Shown: piece by piece, positions 57,882 through 64,000 of the stretch
Layout: each line of letters begins with the position of its first letter
Numbering within the stretch: position 1 is the stretch's first letter
Assembly (NCBI GenBank): GCA_021846505.1
Contig: JAJZWV010000001.1
Location: forward strand, 37,291 to 101,290
Direction: 5' to 3'
Length of the DNA: 64,000 bases
Origin: Bacillota bacterium
Lineage (GTDB): Bacteria > Bacillota > Sulfobacillia > Sulfobacillales > JAIMBI01
The notes under the pieces: generated by a model
What the model saw: the letters and a program-made list of their open reading frames with translations, nothing else
Told to the model about the DNA's origin: nothing
Database searches by the model: none
Made by a program: the position numbers and the translations under genes

Positions 57882-58934
57882 ATGACGATTCTGTGGACCC
57901 GGCTGGAAGGCGGCCCGGGACTGGACGCCTGCACGGTGTCTTGGGAGCCCACACTCTCCCTCACGGGCACCGTGGTGACACACTTTCCAGGCGGACCCGG
58001 CTCCGTGGAATACGCGGTCGAGGCAGACGGCGCCACCGCGGTGACCCGCATGGCCGAGGTGCATGTGCGCGGGGAGGGGCTGAACCGCCACCTGCTGCTC
58101 CAGCGCGGCGAGGATGGCCGCTGGCGGGTGGATGGCGTGCATTGGCCCGCCTTAGATGGGCTCGCCGACGTGGACCTGGGCGTGACACCCGCCACCAACA
58201 CCCTGCCTATAAGGCGGCTCGGGCTGGCCGTGGGCGAGCAGGCGGAAATCACCGCCGCGTGGGTGCGCTTTCCGGAGCTCACGGTGGCGCCCCTGGCCCA
58301 GCGATACACGCGCCTCGACCGCGGCCGCTATCTCTATGAGTCCATCGCCAGTGGGTTTCAGGCGGTGCTGGAGGTGGACGGGGACGGCGTCGCCATCACC
58401 TACCAAAACTTGTGGCGGCGGGTCGCCCCGGCAGCGCCGGCAGCCCGGGATCCCATCCTGGAGCCCCTCACCACGAAAGACTTCGAGGAGCTGTCGACAG
58501 CGGTTGACAACTGGTGGGGGAAGTCCGTCTCGTGGCTCCTGCAGCGGTTCATGACGGTGCACTGGTCCGACACCAGCTTCGTCGTTCGCGAGGGCGGCCG
58601 GCCCATTGCGTTTCTCTTAGGCTTTGTCTCCCCCGCCCATCCCGAAGACGCGTATGTTCACATGCTGGGCATTGACCCCGGCCACCAGGGCCAGCACTGG
58701 GGCCGTCGGCTCTACGAGGCCTTCTTCGAGGTGGCGCGCGCCCGCGGCGCCTCCCGCGTGCGGGCCATTACCAGCCCCAGCAACCGCCGATCCATCGCCT
58801 TTCACCAGGCGCTGGGCTTTTCCCTGGAGCCGGGCGATCATGTCGCCGACGGGCTGCCCGTTCACACCAACTATGACGGGCACGGGCACGACCGGGTGCT
58901 GTTCGTGCGCCCCGTGCATGAGGCGCCGCAGTAG
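57882..58934 (+). CDS. fusion of a putative glycolipid-binding (DUF1089-like) domain and a GNAT acetyltransferase domain
   Basis: ATG behind GAAGGAGG. The N-terminal half MTILWTRLEGGPGLDACTVSW..ATNTLPIRRL..YLYES.. resembles the glycolipid-binding family. The C-terminal half ..HMLGIDPGHQGQHWGRRLYEAFF..AFHQALGF is GNAT motif A/B. Confidence 0.65.
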   Translation: MTILWTRLEGGPGLDACTVSWEPTLSLTGTVVTHFPGGPGSVEYAVEADGATAVTRMAEVHVRGEGLNRHLLLQRGEDGRWRVDGVHWPALDGLADVDLGVTPATNTLPIRRLGLAVGEQAEITAAWVRFPELTVAPLAQRYTRLDRGRYLYESIASGFQAVLEVDGDGVAITYQNLWRRVAPAAPAARDPILEPLTTKDFEELSTAVDNWWGKSVSWLLQRFMTVHWSDTSFVVREGGRPIAFLLGFVSPAHPEDAYVHMLGIDPGHQGQHWGRRLYEAFFEVARARGASRVRAITSPSNRRSIAFHQALGFSLEPGDHVADGLPVHTNYDGHGHDRVLFVRPVHEAPQ

Positions 58935-59021
58935 CAGCGCGGCGCCTCATCCTGGCGCTCAGGATGAAGGTACCGGTTGGGTGCTCACGGGACGTGAGCA
59001 CCTATCGAGTGCGGCTGACCG

Positions 59022-60302
59022 TTAGTACAGAGGCCCGGGGGTGATGGTGCGGCTTCGCTCCGCGCCCACCGACACCATCATGACGGGAACCCCGACAATC
59101 TCGCCGATGCGGTCCAGATAGTAGCGCGCCGCGCTGGGCAAATCCTGCAGCTGCCGCGCCTCGGTGGTGGGCGCCGCCCATCCCGGGCAGGTCACCAGCT
59201 GGGGCTCTACCGCCGCCAAATCCTCCACCCGGTCGGGGAAGTCCGTGGTGACCGTGCCATCGGGCAACTTGTAGCCGGTGGCGATGCGCAGCGAGGGCAT
59301 GCCGTCCAGCACGTCCAGCGCCGTCACCACCACGCCGGTCATCCCGTTGACCCGTGCCGCATGCCGGAGCGCCACCCCATCGAGCCAGCCCACCCGGCGC
59401 GGCCGCCCGGTCGTGGTGCCGTACTCATGGCCGCGCTCGCGGATGGTGTTCCCAAGCTCGCCCCGGAGTTCGGTGGGAAACGGGCCGTCCCCGACGCGGG
59501 AGGTGTACGCCTTCAAAATGCCATACACCTGATTGATGCGCGTGGGGCCGACCCCCGCCCCAATACAGGCGCCGCCCGCAATCGGGTGGGAAGACGTGAC
59601 AAATGGGTAGGTGCCGTGGTCGTTGTCCAGCATAGTGCCCTGCGCGCTTTCAAACAGCACGTTTTGGTCGCGGTCCAGCGCGTCGTTGATGAGCCGCGGC
59701 GTATTGGCCAAGTAAGGCCGCACGCGCTCGGCCAGCGCCGTGAGCTGGCTCGCGATGGCTCCGGCGTCCAGCGCGTCGGCACGCTCGCCCAAAAGCCGCC
59801 GCTTGTCGGCAATCTGCTCGGCCACCCGCGGCGCCAGGCGGCGGGGCTCCAAAAGCTCCCCCATGCGGATGCCGGTGCGCGCCGCCTTATCCATGTACGC
59901 CGGCCCGATCCCACGCAGCGTGGTCCCGAGCCGCTCGCTGCCGAGCCGCTCCTCTTGGAGCGCATCGAGGAGCTTGTGGTACGGCATCACCAGGTGAGCC
60001 TGGGTGGATACGCGGAGGCCATCCAGCGACAGGCCCGCGGCTTCGAGGTAGTCCATTTCTTCTGCCAAGCCCCACGGGTCCACCACCACGCCGCCGGCAA
60101 TGACCGACACACACCCGGGATACAGGATGCCGGACGGAATTAAGTGCAGCTTATAGGTCTGGCTGCCCACCACCACGGTGTGGCCCGCGTTGGCGCCACC
60201 CTGATGGCGCACGACCATGTCCGCCTTCTGGGCCAGGAAATCCGTCACGCGCCCTTTGCCTTCATCGCCCCACTGGGCTCCTACCAACACTACCGCAGAC
60301 AC
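59022..60302 (-). CDS. purA: adenylosuccinate synthetase
   Basis: GTG start behind GGAGGGG gives MSAVVLVGAQWGDEGKGRVTDFL.., the PurA P-loop. Later ..GTTLRGIGPAY.., ..TTGRPRRVGWLD.. are all canonical. Confidence 0.95.
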   Translation of the reverse strand: MSAVVLVGAQWGDEGKGRVTDFLAQKADMVVRHQGGANAGHTVVVGSQTYKLHLIPSGILYPGCVSVIAGGVVVDPWGLAEEMDYLEAAGLSLDGLRVSTQAHLVMPYHKLLDALQEERLGSERLGTTLRGIGPAYMDKAARTGIRMGELLEPRRLAPRVAEQIADKRRLLGERADALDAGAIASQLTALAERVRPYLANTPRLINDALDRDQNVLFESAQGTMLDNDHGTYPFVTSSHPIAGGACIGAGVGPTRINQVYGILKAYTSRVGDGPFPTELRGELGNTIRERGHEYGTTTGRPRRVGWLDGVALRHAARVNGMTGVVVTALDVLDGMPSLRIATGYKLPDGTVTTDFPDRVEDLAAVEPQLVTCPGWAAPTTEARQLQDLPSAARYYLDRIGEIVGVPVMMVSVGAERSRTITPGPLY

Positions 60303-60381
60303 ATGACCCCTCCACTCGCGATTCCGCATTCGACTGACGCCGGGAAACGGGAAAGAAGATCGTCCGCCCACGCGGGGCGGG

Positions 60382-61719
60382 CTATGTTCGGGTGCCCTCC
60401 GGCACCACCGAGAGAAACTTGCCGGTGTCCTTGCGGAAAGCCAGCGTCACCGTGCCCGTGGGCCCGTTGCGCTGCTTGGCGATAATCACCTCGGCCTGGC
60501 CGGGCGCGGCACTGTCTTTCACGTAGTAGTCGTCGCGATAGATAAACGCCACCAAATCGGCATCCTGCTCGATGGCGCCAGACTCCCTGAGGTCCGACAG
60601 CATCGGGTGCTTGTCGTTGCGCGACTCCACGGCGCGCGACAGCTGCGACAGGGTCAGCACCGGCACCTCCAGCTCGCGCGCCAGCGCCTTTAACCCGCGG
60701 GAAATCTCCGAGATTTCCTGCTGGCGGTTTTCGCTGCGCCCACGGGCCGACATGAGCTGAATGTAGTCGATGATGACCAATCCCAAATTGGCCTTGCGGT
60801 GCAGCGACCGAGCCTTCGCCGAAAGCTCCAGCGGCGACAGCGCCGGCGTGTCGTCGATGTAAATCGGCGCGTCGCCCAGGCGGCCCAGCGCATGGGTGAG
60901 GTGCGACCACATCTCATCGGTCAAGTCGCCCGTCCGAAGCCGCTGCCCATCGAGGTCCGCCTCGGCCGAGATGAGCCGGAGCGCCAGCTGCTCCTGGGAC
61001 ATCTCCAAGCTGAAAATCACCACCGGCACATGGTCATGCACGGCTACGTGGCGGGCAATGTTCAAGCAAAAGTTGGTTTTCCCCATAGACGGGCGCGCCG
61101 CCACCACCCACAAGTCCGACGGCTGCATCCCGCTGGTCAGCCGGTCAACGTCGTGAAAGCCCGTCGCAATGCCGGCCAGCCCGGTTTTGCCCGCCATCTG
61201 CTCCACGCGCTCCAAGGTTTTCACCAGGATGGACTGCAGCCGCTGCGGCTCGCGGCGGCCCTGCTGCGCCAGCTCAAACAGCTGGTGCTGCGCCTGGTCC
61301 AAAATCTCGTCGGCGTTTTCCTCACCCTGAAACGCCAGGCCCACCATGTGGCCGCCGGTTTCGATGATGCGCCGCAGCACCGACTTCTCCCGCACGATGC
61401 GCGCATAGTGCGCCGCATGGGCCGACGTCGGCACAATCTCCGCGAGCTCCATGAGAAACGGCAAGCCGCCCACCGCTTCCAGTGTGCCGCGCTTGCGCAA
61501 CTGGTCGCTCACCGTGATGACGTCCACCTGGCGGCCGGAGCTCCCCAAAAGCTCCAGGATGGCCAGGAACACCTCCCGGTGGGCATCCCGGTAAAAGTCC
61601 TGGGCGTCCAAGAGCGGTGCCACGTCATCCAAGGTGGCGGGATCGATGAGGAGGGCGCCCAGCACGGCCAACTCCGCCTCCAGATGCTGCGGCGGCAGGC
61701 GGTTCAGCTCGGTGCTCAC
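60382..61719 (-). CDS. dnaB: replicative DNA helicase
   Basis: 445 aa. ..PPQHLEAELAVLGALL.., Walker A AARPSMGKTNF, ..IIDYIQLM.., ..LSQLSRAVE.., ..IIAKQRNGPTG.. . Confidence 0.95.
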   Translation of the reverse strand: MSTELNRLPPQHLEAELAVLGALLIDPATLDDVAPLLDAQDFYRDAHREVFLAILELLGSSGRQVDVITVSDQLRKRGTLEAVGGLPFLMELAEIVPTSAHAAHYARIVREKSVLRRIIETGGHMVGLAFQGEENADEILDQAQHQLFELAQQGRREPQRLQSILVKTLERVEQMAGKTGLAGIATGFHDVDRLTSGMQPSDLWVVAARPSMGKTNFCLNIARHVAVHDHVPVVIFSLEMSQEQLALRLISAEADLDGQRLRTGDLTDEMWSHLTHALGRLGDAPIYIDDTPALSPLELSAKARSLHRKANLGLVIIDYIQLMSARGRSENRQQEISEISRGLKALARELEVPVLTLSQLSRAVESRNDKHPMLSDLRESGAIEQDADLVAFIYRDDYYVKDSAAPGQAEVIIAKQRNGPTGTVTLAFRKDTGKFLSVVPEGTRT

Positions 61720-63587
61720 TCGGCCAGCGCTGCCAGCAGCGCCGCAGCATCTTCCACTGGGCGCACCTCCACCCCGGGATCTGCGGGCACGTCGGCGCGG
61801 TTGCCCTCAGGCACCAGCACCAGCGCCACACCCGCCTGGCGGGCGCCAAACACCTTCTCGGCAATGCCGCCCACCGGCTTCAGCGCGCCCGAAAGCGACA
61901 GCTCGCCGGTAAGCGCCACGTCCTGGCGCACCGGGGTGTCGGTCAGCACGCTCCACAGCGCGAGAAAAATGGCCGCGCCCGCCGACGGGCCATCCACCTG
62001 GCCTCCGCCCACGACATTGACATGAAAATCACATCGGGAGACGGATTCTTGGCTGGTGAGGCGGCGCAGCACCGTCAGCGCATTGAACACCGAGTCTTTG
62101 GCCATAGAGCCCGCGGTGTCGTTGAAGCGCACCTGGCCCCGCCCCGGCTTGGCCAGGAACTTAGTGGCTTCCACCTCCAGCACGGTGCCTTGAAAGCCGG
62201 CTACCGCCAGACCCAGCACGCGTCCCACCTGGCGCGTGGGCTCGGCGTGCACGCCCGCCACCCGCGGCAGCCGCGCGCTGGCAATGGCCTCGGTCACGTG
62301 CTGGGCTTCCACCCGCTTAGCACCCGCATCCTTCAGCATGGCGAGGCTCAGCGCGTCGGCCAGCAGCGTCACCGCGCGGCGCCCCTCCAAGGTGTACTGG
62401 GACAGCAGCAGGGCCGCCTCAGGGTCCAGTGCCACGCCAATCCGCGAGGCCGCCTCCGCCGCGATGTGGCGGATGTGCTCCGGCGCCAAGGGGTCAAAGT
62501 ACACCTCGGCGCAGCGCGAGCGGAGCGCCGGGGAAATCTCCTCCGGCGACCGCGTGGTGGCGCCAATCAAAACAAAGTGGGCCGGCGCCCCTTCGGCAAA
62601 CAGCTTCTTGACGTACTCGGGCACCGACGGGTCCTGCGGGTCAAAGTAGGCGGAGTCGAACGGCACCCGCTTGTCCTCCAGCACCTTCAGGAGCTTGTTT
62701 TGGAGGATCGGGTCCATCTCTCCAATCTCGTCGATAAACAGCACGCCGCCGTGGGCATCCGTCACCAGGCCGGGCTTGGGCTCTGGAATGCCGCCTTCCG
62801 CCAAGTCGCGCCGCGCCCCTTGATAGATGGGGTCGTGGACCGAGCCCAACAGCGGGTTGGCCACCTCCCGCGGGTCCCAGCGGAGCGTGGCGCCATCCAC
62901 CTCCACAAACGGCGCCTCGGGCTGAAACTGGCCCAAGGGGCTGGCCTTGGCCGCCTCTAGGGCCAAGCGGGCCACCGTGGTTTTGCCCACGCCCGGAGGG
63001 CCATACAGCAAAATGTGCTGCGGGTAGGGCGACGCCAGCTTGGCCAAGAGCGCCTTCACGGCGGCTTCCTGGCCAATCACCTCGTCCAGCGACTGCGGCC
63101 GCATGATGTCCAGCGCCGGGCGCGACAGCGTCACCGCGTCCAGCTGCTTCAAGCGCTCCAGCTTGCGCGCCGTCTCGGGTGTTTCTGGGCCCCCGTCTTC
63201 TTTTAAGATTTGCATGCGGATGTCGCGCACGTACTCTTCGTGGCGCACCTGCATGCGCTCGGCGATGCGCTTTTCCAGGTCGTCTTCCAGGGTGCGGCGC
63301 GCCAGTACTTCCGACAGCTCGTCCTCCAGGCGCGACAGCTCGCCAATGATGTCCGCCTCCGGCGACAGCTCGGAGAGCGACGGGTCCTCATAAACGATTT
63401 TCTTGAGGCCTAAGAGCCGCCGCGATGGGCTGTCATCGCGCAGGTCCTTCAAGGCCATCAGCTTGCCGGCCTTCAGCACCAGCCGCTCCGGCCCGTAGAT
63501 TTGGACCATGAGGTCATAAAACGCCCTCAGGCGGCGGTCCAAGTCCTGCGTCGCGTCGGCGCCGGAGTGCGGCGACTCAGTGCTCAT
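61716..63587 (-). CDS. lonC: Lon-family ATP-dependent protease (LonC-like)
   Basis: AAA+ motif LLYGPPGVGKTT. C-terminal Lon protease domain with ..VDGPSAGAAIFLAL.. (catalytic Ser context). Located between rplI and dnaB, as in many Bacillota/Clostridia. The gene symbol is tentative. Confidence 0.8.
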   Translation of the reverse strand: MSTESPHSGADATQDLDRRLRAFYDLMVQIYGPERLVLKAGKLMALKDLRDDSPSRRLLGLKKIVYEDPSLSELSPEADIIGELSRLEDELSEVLARRTLEDDLEKRIAERMQVRHEEYVRDIRMQILKEDGGPETPETARKLERLKQLDAVTLSRPALDIMRPQSLDEVIGQEAAVKALLAKLASPYPQHILLYGPPGVGKTTVARLALEAAKASPLGQFQPEAPFVEVDGATLRWDPREVANPLLGSVHDPIYQGARRDLAEGGIPEPKPGLVTDAHGGVLFIDEIGEMDPILQNKLLKVLEDKRVPFDSAYFDPQDPSVPEYVKKLFAEGAPAHFVLIGATTRSPEEISPALRSRCAEVYFDPLAPEHIRHIAAEAASRIGVALDPEAALLLSQYTLEGRRAVTLLADALSLAMLKDAGAKRVEAQHVTEAIASARLPRVAGVHAEPTRQVGRVLGLAVAGFQGTVLEVEATKFLAKPGRGQVRFNDTAGSMAKDSVFNALTVLRRLTSQESVSRCDFHVNVVGGGQVDGPSAGAAIFLALWSVLTDTPVRQDVALTGELSLSGALKPVGGIAEKVFGARQAGVALVLVPEGNRADVPADPGVEVRPVEDAAALLAALAE

Positions 63588-64000
63588 GCCGGAACGAGAC
63601 GCACCAAAATGGGGACATTCACCCCTTCATACAGGTGCACGGTGGCTTCGTGGTCGCCCAAGGCTTTCATGGCCTCCATGCGCACGTCCTTCTTGTCCAC
63701 CGCCACGCCGTGCTTGGCCAGCGCCTCCGCGACGGCCTGGCTGGTGACGGACCCAAACAGCCGCCCGCTTTCGCCGGCATGCACTTCGATGTCCACCCTG
63801 AGGCCGCGGAGCTGCTGTGCCCGCGCCTCGGCTTCCGCGACCAGCTTGTCGTGCCGCGCGCGCTGGGCCGCTTGGCGCTCACGGACCATTTTGAGCTTGC
63901 CCGGCGTGGCCCGCTCGGCGAATCCGCGGGGAATGAGGTAGTTGCGCCCATAGCCGTCCTTGACGGTCTTGATGTCGCCCTGCTTCCCCAGTTTCTCGAC
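63584..64000 (-). CDS. rplI: 50S ribosomal protein L9 (5' end beyond the window)
   Basis: The reverse translation from the window edge reads ..VEKLGKQGDIKTVKDGYGRNYLIPRGFAERATPGKLKMVRE...GRLFGSVTSQAVAEAL..LGDHEATVHLYEGV... This is canonical L9. The N-terminal few residues are missing. Confidence 0.9.
   Translation of the reverse strand, partial: VEKLGKQGDIKTVKDGYGRNYLIPRGFAERATPGKLKMVRERQAAQRARHDKLVAEAEARAQQLRGLRVDIEVHAGESGRLFGSVTSQAVAEALAKHGVAVDKKDVRMEAMKALGDHEATVHLYEGVNVPILVRLVPA

Overview
High-GC (roughly 65-70%) bacterial chromosome segment, Bacillota-like by gene content. The right edge is a conserved housekeeping block on the minus strand: rplI, a Lon-family protease, dnaB and purA. 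No rRNA genes were seen. The centre (about 32.2-53.8 kb) is a very large type I-G (formerly I-U) CRISPR-Cas locus. It comprises a csb2-like gene, a cas4-cas1 fusion and cas2 on the plus strand. These are followed by a 36-nt-repeat array of 132 full repeats plus a truncated 133rd (35749-45432). Next comes a junk zone of cas10/cmr2 fragments and IS fragments. A minus-strand effector operon follows: csb1, csb2, cas3 and a cas8-like gene. The most interesting signals lie at the two ends of that effector block. (1) One CRISPR repeat is split. Its first 26 nt end the array at 45432, and its last 16 nt sit inverted at 53498-53513. This implies an 8.1 kb inversion of the whole effector operon. (2) The spacer-like sequence after the orphan half-repeat matches 16 of 19 PAM-proximal nt of a site in the 5'UTR behind a near-consensus promoter 260 bp away. 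Two of the three mismatches are at positions 6 and 18. This looks like a crRNA-like (CreA/CreR-type) regulatory element, which to my knowledge has not been described for type I-G. Left of the CRISPR locus is a decayed accessory region. It holds tRNA-Thr with an integrase remnant and an ISL3 element, tRNA-Gly, a frameshifted ATPase, two PIN genes (one truncated) and a run of five disrupted genes at 1.9-5.3 kb. It also holds ordinary genes: a permease/FAD-oxidoreductase/TPP-enzyme/racemase operon, a NarL-type two-component system, a cytochrome b cluster, uppP and a tricorn protease. Right of the locus is an SNF2 helicase plus SWIM protein pair. All family calls come from reading motifs in the supplied translations. 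No database search was run.
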